This document shows positions 48,316 through 58,423 of a DNA stretch of 64,000 nucleotides, one piece after another (position 1 is the first letter of the stretch; every line of letters begins with the position of its first letter). The translations under genes and the position numbers were made by a program. The stretch is taken from NCBI GenBank assembly GCA_026770705.1, contig JANJGN010000030.1:1364001-1428000 (forward strand). The letters are read 5' to 3'. This DNA is from Isurus oxyrinchus (Eukaryota). The notes under the pieces are model-generated. The model was not told where the DNA came from and searched no databases. It saw nothing but the letters and a program-made list of their open reading frames with translations.

Positions 48316-49300
48316 CAGGATCCCTCTACCTGCCTCACTTGCAGTCACACCCTGCTGACCGTGACCACCGACCGAACTTGAGGTACTTAATCTACTGGGT
48401 GTGACCTCCTCCTGAAACAAAGCGTCCAGGTAACTCTCCCACCTCCACATGTGCCACAGCGTCCGGAGCTTGGACTCCAGCTCATCAATTCTGAGCCGGA
48501 GTTCCTCCAGCAACCAACACTTGCTGCAGATGTGCTCACTGCGGCTCGCAATGGGATCTGCCAGCTCCCACATCATACAGCTACAGCACATCAACTGCCC
48601 AGCCATCTCGACTTAGATAATTCATTTATTAATTGGCTTTGCAGTGTTTTTTTTCCAAATTTGGTGCAGATTTCCTACCAACCAATCAGGTCACAGCTTT
48701 CCTGTGATGCCAATTTTTCAGTTTTGGCTTCAGTTAGTCTGTGCCCCGAGGTCACTGCTCCGGTGCTCCTCCCTCTGAGTCTGCTCCCTGGAGACAAGGC
48801 TGCGAATCCCCGAGGTAAACTAGATTTATACTCACCGCTTCGGTGCCCCTCCCTGGAGACAAGGCCGTGAATCCCCGAGGTAAGCTAGATTTATACTCAC
48901 CGCTTCGGTGCCCCTCCCTGGAGACAAGGCTGTCAATCCCCGAGGTGAGCTAGATTTATACTCACCGCTTCGGTGCCCCTCCCTGGAGACAAGGCTGTCA
49001 ATCCCCGAGGTGAGCTAGATTTATACTCACCGCTTCGGTGCCCCTCCCTGGAGACAAGGCTGTCAATCCCCGAGGTGAGCTAGATTTGTACTCACCACTC
49101 CGGCGCTCCTCCCTCTGTGTCTGCTCCCAGGATTTACTCACCAATCAGCTGCTTTTTCTTTAAAATCCGCTTTCAGAAGAGTGTCCCTCACAGGTCTGGT
49201 GCACTCCTGAAGGCACTGCCTCTTCCTTTCTCTCTCTTTTTCCAGGTTTGAGGAGGAGGGAGGGATGGAACCACTACAGCAATGTAATGTTTGGGGCTAT
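48316..49300 (-). mobile_element. CR1 LINE 5' portion: 5' UTR plus ORF1 N-terminal zinc finger/leucine zipper, 3'-truncated
   Basis: CCSCMMWE..HICSKCWLLEELRLRIDELESKLRTL (CxxC..CxxC followed by heptad leucines) at 48430-48606. The right boundary is approximate. Confidence 0.78.
48784..49108. repeat. 65-bp tandem repeat, ~5 copies
   Basis: gagacaaggc starts at 48791, 48856, 48921, 48986 and 49051. Confidence 0.97.
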
Positions 49301-49380
49301 TCCGTTCTTTGACAGTGGGTCCTCCTTGATTCCCTGCTGAGTCGCGGTGTCTTCTCCCAGAATGCTTCAGTCACTCCTCA

Positions 49381-49400
49381 CCAGCGCCCTCTGCTGGATC
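49381..49400 (-). promoter_or_regulatory. CTCF-consensus motif
   Basis: Minus strand reads CCAGCAGAGGGCGC (49397-49384), matching the CTCF core CCASYAGRKGGCRS; occupancy unknown. Confidence 0.45.
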
Positions 49401-49404
49401 CGCC

Positions 49405-49585
49405 TGCATGGTTGAGGCCTTCTGTGCCCAGTGGGCACCGCAGGGACTGGGGTGCTTTATTGACTCTTTTAATCACGTTCTGATTTTAGGTTTGTAAGTT
49501 TCCTTTAAGATTTGTATTTCTTTTTGCAATATCCCTTAAAGGTGCTGCCTCTTAATTTGTCCCTCGTTTTTACTAATTTAGTTCA
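49405..49585 (+). mobile_element. Short 3' end fragment of a Tx1/L1-type LINE
   Basis: Translates VEAFCAQWAPQGLGCFIDSFNHVLI followed by a T-rich UTR; family recognised from memory only. Confidence 0.45.
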
Positions 49586-49594
49586 CTAATGTCC

Positions 49595-50285
49595 TTTAGG
49601 GAAGGAAATCTGTCATTCTTACCTGGTCTGGCCTATAGGTGGTTGACTCTTAACTATGCTCTGAAATGGCTGAGCAGGCCACTCAGTGTAACAAACTGCT
49701 AAAAAGTCAAAATGGAATGAAACTGGATGGACCACCCGGCATTGGCCTAGGCACTGGAAATGACAACGGCAAACTCAGCCCTATCGGCCCTGCAAAGTCC
49801 TCCATCTGGGGGCTAGTGCAGAAATTGGGAGAGCTGTTCCACAGACTAGTCAAGCCACAGCCTAACATAGTCATCCTCACAGAATCATATCTCACAGATA
49901 ATGTCCCAGACGCCACCATCACAAACCCTAGACTGGCAGCTCCTTATGAAGATGAAGTCTCGGCTTCACATTGAGGATATCCCCCTCCATCGTGTTGTGT
50001 GGCACTTCCACCGTGCTAAATGGGATAGATTTCAGAGCTAGAAACTCGAGACTGGGCATCCATGAGGCGCTGTGGGCCATCAGCAGCAGCAGAATTGTAC
50101 TCAGACACAATCTGTAACCTCATGGCCCAGCGTATCCCCCACTCTACCATTACCATCAAGCCAGGGGATCAACCCTGGCTCAATGAAAAGTGCAGGAGGG
50201 CATGCCAGGCGCAGCACCAGACATAGTTAAAAATGAAGTGTCAACTCAGTGAAGCTATAACACTGGACTACTTGTGTGCCAAACA
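49595..50285 (+). mobile_element. Internally deleted LINE fragment (APE endonuclease N-terminus and linker)
   Basis: IWGLVQKLGELFHRLVKPQPNIVILTESYL (EN motif ..LTE..) and ITIKPGDQPWLNEKCRRAC further on. Confidence 0.7.
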
Positions 50286-51078
50286 AGTGGAAAATGGAAT
50301 TCAATCCAGAGAAGTGTGAGGTAGGGAGTACACAATAAATGGGAGGATATTGAGAGGGGTTGAGGAATTGAGAGTCCTTGGAATGCATGTCCACAGGTCC
50401 CTGAAGGTGTCAGGACAGGTGGATAAGGTGCTCAAGAAAGCATATGGAATGCTGTCCTTTATTGGACAAGGTATTGAATATAAAAGCAGGGATGTAATGA
50501 TGGAACTGTATATAGCACTGGTTAGGCCACAGCTGGAATTTTGTGTACAGTTCTGGTCACCAGACTACAGGAAGGATATAATTGACCTGGAGAAAGTGCA
50601 GAGGAGATTTACAAGAATGCTGCCAGGGCTTGAAAATTGCAGCTATGAGGAGAGACCGGATAGGCTGGGGTTGTTTTCCTTAGAACAGAGGAGGCTGAGG
50701 GATGTACAAAATGATGAGGGGCCTAGATAGGGTAGACAGTAAAGACTTGTTTCCCATAGCTGAAGGGTCCATTACCAGGGGGCACAGATTTAAGGGGATT
50801 GGTGGAAGAATTAGAGGGGACATGAGGAAAACACTTTTTCACCCAGAGGGTGCTGGGCATCTGGAATTCACTGCTGAAGTTGGTGCTTGAGGCTAAAACT
50901 CTCAACTCATTTAAATGGTGCCTGGATCTGCATCTAAAGTGCTGCAGGCTGCAAGGCGATGGACCAGGGGCTGGAAAGTGGGATTCAAATGAGCAGATAG
51001 ATTCTTTTTTTCTCTTTTATGGTCGGCGCATACACGATGGGCCAAATGGCCTGTTTCTGTGCCATAACTTTTCTATGG
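50286..51078 (+). mobile_element. CR1 LINE 3' fragment
   Basis: LYIALVRPQLEFCVQFWSP..LEKVQRRFTRMLPGL..SYEER..LGLFSLEQRRLR, TRGH motif, 3' UTR gatgggccaaatggcct..ttctatg. Confidence 0.93.
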
Positions 51079-51079
51079 T

Positions 51080-51133
51080 TATCAAATGCCTTTTGGAAAT
51101 CCAGGTACACCACATCTACTGGTTCCCCCTTTC
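51080..51133 (-). mobile_element. Tiny CR1 RT fragment
   Basis: KGEPVDVVYLDFQKAFD. Confidence 0.75.
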
Positions 51134-51139
51134 TATCCC

Positions 51140-51582
51140 ATTTTCTACCCTTTTTTTCCGCACCACCTCCTCCCACCCCATCCCCTACTGGGCCATCTGT
51201 TACTTGTTCTATGTTGTTCTTACACAGAATGCTACCCTTGTTCTGCTATTATCACATTCTGCTTTCTTACCTTTATGTCACTGTCAACACCTTTTTTAGC
51301 ACTAACCATGACCATTAACACTCCTCTTGTCCTGTAGTTCATCACATCTTTGTCAATCCCTCCTTTGTCTCCACCTGTAACTGGCCGTCTATCCAGCTTC
51401 ACCTGCCCCATCTCCCTTAAACAGAATAAATTTCATCACTACTCACTCCCCTTTAGTCCCGAAGAGTCATACGGACTCGAAACATTAACTCTGTTTCTCT
51501 CTCCACAGATGCTGCCAGACCTGCTGAGTTTTTCCAGCATTTTCTGTTTTTGTTTCAGATTTCCAGCATCTGCAGTATTTTC
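51140..51582 (+). mobile_element. Penelope-like element terminal repeat fragment
   Basis: Hammerhead-like core at 51453-51492 followed by ccacagatgctgccagacctgctgag..ccagcatctgcag, a motif I associate with fish/shark Penelope ends. Confidence 0.55.
51453..51492 (+). ncRNA. Degenerate type I hammerhead ribozyme remnant
   Basis: Stem II GAGTC-atacg-GACTC directly followed by GAAAC; the upstream CUGANGA box is damaged (cccgaaga). Confidence 0.45.
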
Positions 51583-51589
51583 TTTTATC

Positions 51590-51930
51590 TTGGAGAGAGC
51601 CAGTGTGAACTCAATGGGTCGAATGGCCTCCTTCTGCACTATCGATTCTGTGAATGTGTGTGTGGCTCGGAGGGGCTCTTGTAGGTGGTGGTGATTCCAT
51701 GCATCTGCTGCCCTTGTCCTCCTGGGTTTGGATTGTGCTGTCCAAGGAGTTCATTGGAGTTCTTTGAGGAGGTAAGAAACAAATGGGGACCTGTGGATGT
51801 TTTGTACTTGAATTTCCAAAAAAAACATTTCAAGGTGCTGCATTAGAGGGCACAGACTTTGGCAAAAGGAACAATGGCAACATGAGGAAAAGCTTTTCAC
51901 ACAAGTGGTAAGGATCTGGAGACACATTCA
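51590..51930. mobile_element. Cluster of short LINE fragments (CR1 3' tail, CR1 RT piece, others)
   Basis: atgggtcgaatggcctccttctgcact..attctgtga tail at ~51612-51652; GPVDVLYLNFQK at ~51787-51822. Confidence 0.6.
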
Positions 51931-52215
51931 ACTGAGTGTAGAAAAGACAAGCGTGATTTTAGCAGCTAGAAAGAGGGAGCGGGATTTTCTTTTTGCAAAG
52001 ATATACTTTATTCATAAATCTTCAACAACGTTTCAAACCAATTCAAAATCACCAGCACAAAAATACAATCAGGTTCAACTTTTACAACATGAAACACAAG
52101 GTGTATCAGAACAAACAATGAATATTACAATCATTGACAGACATTCATTTTGAGCTGTACAGCCCGAGGGATCCGTACAGTTCCCAGCCCCCCAGTGCAC
52201 TATGGCAGAAAGGTC

Positions 52216-55200
52216 TTAGGCAGCGACCCTTCCCCATTGCGCCTTTGCAGCGGCTGCCCCAAGCTTAACTGTGTCCCTCAGCACGTAGTCCTGGACCTTG
52301 GAATGTGCCAGTCTGCAACACTCGGTCGGGGACAACTCTTTGCGTTGGAAAACCAACAAGTTTCGGGCAGACCAAAGAGCGTCTTTCACCGAGTTGATGA
52401 TCCTCCAGCTGCAGTTGATGTTTGTCTCGGTGTGTGTCCCTGGGAACAGCCCGTAGAGCACAGAGTCCTGTGTCACAGAACTGCTCGGGATGAACCTCGA
52501 CAGAAACCACTGCATCTCTCTCCAGACCTTCTTCACAGAGGCACAAACTACAAGGAGGTGAACAACAGTCTCTTCCCCACCACAGCCACCTCGAGGGCAA
52601 CGTGCAGAGGGGGTGAGACTCCTGGCGTGTAGGAAGGATCTTACAGGGGGGGCCTTTCTCACCACCAACCAAGCTACGTCTTGGTGTTTGTTGGAAAGTT
52701 CTGGCGATGAGGCATTCTGCCAAATGACTTTGACAGTCTGCTCAGGGAACCATCCCACAGGATCCACCCTCTCCTTTTCCCTCAGGGCCTTTAAGACGTT
52801 ACGTGCCGACCACTGCCTGATGGACTTGTGGTCAAAGGTGTTTCTCTGCATAAATTTTCCCACGAGGGACAGGTGGTACGGCACGGTCCAACTACTTGAA
52901 GCGTTCCGCGGCAGCGTGGCCAGACCCATCCCTCGTAACACCGGGGACAGGTAGAACCTCAGCATGTAGTGACACTTGGTGTTTACATACTGAGGGTCTA
53001 CACACCGCTTGATGCAGCCGCACACAAAGGTGGCCATCAGTATGAGGGCAATGTTGGGCACGTTTTTTCCCCCTTTATCTAGAGGCTTGTACATCGCGTC
53101 CCTGCGGACACGATCCATTTTCAACCTCCAGATAAAGCGGAAGATGGCTTGGGTGATCGCCACCACACAGGAGTCTGGAATGGGCCAGACCTGCACCACG
53201 TACAGCAACAGCGAGAGTGCCTCACACCTGATGACCAGGTTCTTACCCGCAATGGAGAGGGAGCGTCGCTCCCACATGCCCAGTTTCCTTTTCACCATAG
53301 ACACTCGCTCCTTCCAGTTTCTAACATGTGCTCTGGTCCCTCCGAACCATATCCCCAGCACCTTCAGGCCATCAGCCCTGACAGTGAAGGGGACAAAGGA
53401 TCGGTCAGCCCAGTTCCCAAAGAACATGGCCTCGCTCCTCCCACGATTTACCTTGGCTCCCGAGACCAGTTCGAACTGGTCACAAATGTGGATCAGTCTG
53501 TGCACCGACAGCGGATCTGAGCAGAAGATGGTGACAACGTCCATGTACAGGGAGACTTTGATCTGAGTGCCTCCACTGCCTGGGATCGTCACTCCTCTTA
53601 TGCCCGGATCCTTCCTGATGGACTCAGCAAAGGGTTCTATGCAACACACAAACAGGACAGGGGAGAGAGGGCAGCCCTGCCTGACTCCAGATTTAACAGG
53701 AAAGTTATCTGATTCCCACCCATTGATTGAGACTGCGCTACTGATGTTAGTGTAGAGCAGTTGGATCCAATTGCGAGTTCCCTCCCCAAACCCCATTTTG
53801 GAGAGCACATCCACCATGTAGGTGTGCGATATTCTGTCAAAGGCCTTCTCCTGGTCCAGGCTGATGAGGCAGGTGTCCACACCCCTGTCCTGTACATAGG
53901 CAATCGTATCCCTGAGCAGCGCGAGGCTGTCAGAGATCTTTCTGCCCAGCACAGTGCAGGTCTGGTCAGGGTGGATCACCAATTCCAGAGCGGATTTGAC
54001 CCGATTGGCGATGACCTTGGACAGAATCTTATAGTCCACATTCAACAGTGAAATGGGTCGCCAATTTCTAATTTCCTCCCTTTCCCCCTTGTGCTTGTAG
54101 ATGAGGGTGATAATGCCTTTCCTCATGGATTCTGACATGCTGCAGGCCAGGAGCATACTCTCGTACACTTCTAGCAGGTCTGGGCCGATCCAGTCCCACA
54201 GAGCCGAATACAACTTCACCGGCAAGCCGTCGCTTCCGGGAGTTTTACTCTTCTCGAAGGACTCAAGGGCCTTAGTCAGTTTGTCAGGAGTTAGCGCTTT
54301 GTCCAGACTCTCCCGTGTACTGTCGTCTAAGACCTCCGTGATAGAGGACAGGAAGGACTGGGAGGCCGTGCTGTCTGTGGGCTTCATGTCATACAATCCG
54401 GCATAGAAGGATTTGCTGATCCTCAAAATGTCGGACTGCGATGACTTTACTGAGCCGTCTTCTTCCTTCAGGCTGCTGATCACAGAGCTCTCTCTGTGTA
54501 CCTTTTGGAAGAAGAAACGTGAGCATGTCTCATCCTGCTCCACGGAGTGGACTCTGGAACGGAAGATGATCTTGGAGGCCTCCGAGGCAAAGAGCGAGGC
54601 TTGCTGGCTCTTCACCTCTTGGAGCTCCTCCTTGACATCGACCCCCATCGACTGCAGCTGGAGCAGGTTGTGCATGTTTTTCTGGTTTTGGGACATTTCC
54701 CTCTGTTCCTTTCTAGCTTTCTGGATGAATAGCTTCTTGATGTTTCCCTTGATCGCTTCCCACCAGTATGTCAGGGACTCAAAGAGGGGTTTCACGGTTA
54801 TCCAGGCTTTGTAATCCCTCTTGAGCTCCTCAGTGTTCTCTGGGGTCAGCAGTTGCACGTTTAGCTTCCATGCCCCCCTGCCCACCCTCTGGTCTTCCTG
54901 TAAGTGACAGTTGGCCAGTAGGAGGCAGTGGTCAAAGAAGAACACCGGCTTGACGTCAGTGGATCTGACTGTGAACGCTCGGGACACAAACAAGAAGTCT
55001 ATCCTTGAGTGGGTGGGTCACTCTGGCTGCGACCATGTGTATCTCTGCTGCGCTCTATCTGCAGGGTTGCTGAAGACATCGTGCAGCTTCCCATCCTTTA
55101 CTATTTCCATCAGGATTCTGGATGTGGCTTCCAGTCTGCTGTCGGCCCTGCTGGATTGTCCAGCTCCATCGATGATGCAGCTGAAGTCACCGCCCAGAAT

Positions 55201-55612
55201 GACCAGCCTGGAAGTCACCAGCAGCAGTGGGAGCTGCTGAAGGACAACCAGCCACTCACTGTTTTGAGCCGGGGCATACATGTTAATTAACTAGAGCGGC
55301 GCATTCTTGTACAATAACGTCTGCTACGAGGAGGCGCTCGCCCACTACCTCCTCAACCTCGGACACGGTGACATTGTCTCCCTGCAGCAGAATCCCCAGG
55401 CCAGAGGAACATGAGTCGTTTCCTCCCGACCAGAGTGAGGCCCCTTGGGACCACCATCGTGACCATTGGCTGTAGGAGCTGAGGTGCGGTATCACACACT
55501 CCTGCAGGAACAACAGGTCAGCTTTGACCTTGGCAAGGTAATCCAAGGTTGTAACACATCGCGTAATAGATTTAATGCTACACACGTTGATGGACACAAT
55601 CTTGATCCCCAT
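52216..55612 (-). pseudogene. Tx1-like ORF2 (APE endonuclease, reverse transcriptase, C-terminal zinc finger), disrupted
   Basis: SINV..LFLQE, YAP, GGDF, SRIDF, PGSDGL, NWRPISLLNVDYKIL, SLDQEKAFD, GVRQGCPLSP, YMDV, CPRGGCGGEETVVHLLVVC. Lesions: +1 frameshift ~55312, TAG ~55291, TGA 55018-55020; 925 codons remain open. Confidence 0.93.
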
Positions 55613-55613
55613 T

Positions 55614-56345
55614 TTAATGCATTTTGTCACTTACCAGTCCTGTTGTCTTTGACAGTTCCAGTCCTTTGATCTGCTCCTGTAAACCCATAGTGTTTGCAAA
55701 TTGTCTCACTTTTGATGGGCTGAGGGAACAGTCCTGACTCGCCCCGTTGGAAATGTTCCACTCAGGTGACAACGGGGGGTTCGTGCAAGGAGCGAGGTTT
55801 GGATTGTTCTCTGCTGGAGAAATCTCTCTGATCCATTCCCCCTCAGGGGCATTGCTGTTCCCGGCTTCCCAGAGCTGGGGTGCGCTGAGCACTTCACTGC
55901 TCCCAGATTCCCGGAGCTGGGGTGCATTGGCCTCTTCAAGTTGAAGTTGGGGTGCTCTGCTCTTTTCATTGTCTCCAATATCCTGATGCTCGTGTGTCTC
56001 CTCCTCCAGTTCCCTCGAACGTTTCCGCTCCTTCTGTAGGTGCCGCCCTTGCCCTTCTTCACCCGAAGAGCAGCAGTCCCTGTCATCCATGTCAGATGGG
56101 AGTCGCCTCTTGCCACTCGTCTGGGAAGTGGTTTGGTCCCTTCTTGGCCCCTTCTTCTCTTTGTTCTTCTTCACCAGCTGCCACTCCCCTGCTGGTCCCT
56201 CCTCCATTGAGTCACGCTGCTGGGGAGTGGGAGGGTCAGGGGGCAGTGCTGTTGTTTGGCCATCTGCTGCCTCAATCTTTCTCTTCCTCTTGTCTCTCTC
56301 TGTCTCCTCCTGAGTCCCATTGTGCTCATTGGAGACCTTGGTGGT
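55614..56345 (-). pseudogene. Tx1-like ORF1 C-terminal part
   Basis: Charged low-complexity ORF (EWQLVKKNKEKK, three APQL repeats) whose stop lies 1 nt before the ORF2 ATG. Confidence 0.75.
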
Positions 56346-56599
56346 TGGACCCCAAAAATTCACTCCGTTAGAGATGGATGATAAGGAAATCTTACAACTC
56401 CGTCAACCCCATCAGGTCTCACTTCTTTTACACCAAAGTAACTGTATATTGCCTACCTAATCAACCTTTTGATGTGAAACATTTTCTGCCAGTAAGCACT
56501 TGCTGCTCTGTGAAATCTACACTATAAATAACTGAGAAACTAGTTATTGTGTCAGTTTGTTGCCTTTATTTGTTGCTGTATTTTCAGATCCAGACACAT

Positions 56600-56770
56600 T
56601 CGCCAATTGAACAGCAATTTTGCTTCATCCCAATACCAAGCCACTGATTGGCTCAACAAATGACAGCACATGAGAAACCCGCCTTCCCACCTTTCTTATT
56701 GGTCATCCTTTCATGCCATTCAATAACAGTGCAGCCAGGTGATTGGTGAAATATTTTGGGGGCGGGTCTG
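56600..56770. promoter_or_regulatory. CCAAT-box/GC-box cluster (promoter-like)
   Basis: CCAAT at 56603 and 56630; ATTGG at 56647, 56698 and 56742; CCCGCC at 56678; GGGGCGGG at 56759. Confidence 0.35.
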
Positions 56771-56814
56771 CTGATTGTCTGCAGCCTCCCACTGTTGGCG
56801 ATTCAGGTGGTTAA

Positions 56815-57800
56815 ATGAAAGACATGCATTTTTATAGCACCTTTCACCTCCACTGGAAGTCCCAAAGCGCTTTACACTCAGTGAAGTGGACACTGTTGTA
56901 ATGTAGGAAATGCAGCAGCAAAGATCCACACAGCAAGCTCCCATAAACAGGAATGTGACAACGGGCAGGTAATTTTATTTTGATGTTAGTTGAAGGATAA
57001 ATATTGTCCAGGACACCGGGGATAACTCTCCTGTTGTCCTTTGACAGGGAGCCATGGAATGGGAGCGGCCGGATGGGGCATCGCTTTAACATCTCTTCTG
57101 AGAGACAGTAGGGGCAGAATGTTACGCCCCACAGGTGGGCGCGTGCCCGACCAGATTGGGTGTAAAATAGCACACGATGACATCAGGCGAGCGTCCTGAC
57201 ATCATTATGTCCTTGCGCAATGTTTCAGTCCGCGGGCGCACTCAAGAATTGGCAGCGCACCTGCCGACAATTAAGAGGCCCCTTAAGGCCATTAATGTAT
57301 TAATTAAGTGCGATTTTACGCTGCCTGTCCAACATTACGATTGGTGGGTGGGTGAATCGGCCAGGCAGCCTTTGGATTTTTGAGGAAACCTCATCCACGG
57401 GCGGGATGAGGTTTCCAATATTAATTAAGAACAATGTTTTGACAGAGTTTTTATAATCTATAGTTCATGTGGGGGAGTCTGATGTGTGGACATTTTTTCC
57501 TGCGCTTCCAATTCTTTATCTGATGGTTTAAAATTCTCCAGCTCCCTGAGGCAGCTCTCTGCTTTCAGAGAGCTTTCATGGCGCGCTACCTGTGCCCACG
57601 CTGTCTTCAGTGCCCGCCCTCCTCCTGCCCACACCCCAGCAGCGCTGAGTCTTTCACGCTGGCAGGCCGTTAATTGGCCGGTGTGAAATCGCGATCGGGG
57701 CCATTTCTGGGCCGCTTCACACCCACCCATCGCCCAATGACCCGGAAATCCTGCTCTGGGTCTGACAGTGTCTGACACTCCCTCTGTACTTCAGAACTGG
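56815..57800 (-). mobile_element. DeuSINE/SacSINE1-like SINE, split by a MITE at 57111-57757
   Basis: tgcatttttatagcacctttc..cccaaagcgctttaca tail and gatgttagttgaaggataaatattg..caggacaccggggataactc core; resumes as gacagtg..cactccctctgtact after the insertion. Family assigned from memory. Confidence 0.6.
57111..57757. mobile_element. Non-autonomous TIR element (MITE, Harbinger-like termini)
   Basis: Left end gggcagaatgttac, right end ggaaatcctgctc (imperfect inverted repeat); CpG-richer interior; internal 13-bp hairpin; interrupts a SINE. Confidence 0.55.
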
Positions 57801-58423
57801 GCTTCCAGCATCTTCAGCAGCAACAACTGCGAAATGGTGATCTGTGTTTAACAATGTGTTAGTATTGGTGAGTGACGAATGGAAGTTATACATCCCGAAT
57901 GCAGTTGGCTGTTTATCACTGGTTTCCTCCATTACCGATTACAGAGCCATGGGGGCCGTCTGTCACACCTAAAGCTACGGAACGTTTAGCAAGAAGCATC
58001 AAAACCTGTAAATGTGTTGAAACCGATAAAAGCTACACTTTACTTTGATGTCAATCTCCAGTACCTGGGCTGGCAGCTGCACTGTTGCTCTCTCTCTTCC
58101 CCCGGGTGTTGCTGTGACTGGGCAAGGGGCAGTTCCTGGGTGTCTGAAAGCAGGAAATGAGAAGGGGAAGGTTAGTGCGAGGGGTGGGGGGAGGGTAAAC
58201 CATGGTGACACCATCAGCAGTTTACACATCGTATCAGGTCGCAGGGTGAGGGGGAGCTGGGAGTTATGAAGGGCCCCATGATATAGGGAACCATCTCCTC
58301 TGTAGGGACTCAGGAGATGAGGTCCTTGTCTCTCACCAGCTCTGCCCTGTTAAGGGCCACCTTGTCCTGCAGGAGAGGGGGCAGAGGGTCAGTGACTGTG
58401 TTGCACTGTGTTTGGGTGATGTA

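Larger units (their letters stand above)
51985..56345 (-). mobile_element. Tx1/L1-clade non-LTR retrotransposon, 5'-truncated within ORF1
   Basis: Partial ORF1, full-length EN-RT-zinc finger ORF2, 3' UTR with AATAAA (tttatt at 52007-52012) and A-rich tail at 51985-51994. Confidence 0.93.

Noticed and set aside
48784-49108. CRISPR-like or iteron array
   Set aside because: Whole 65-bp units are near-identical with no variable spacers.
52216-54993. Functional 925-aa host gene or active RT
   Set aside because: It is LINE ORF2 cut off from its endonuclease start by stops and a frameshift, with a YMDV catalytic mutation.
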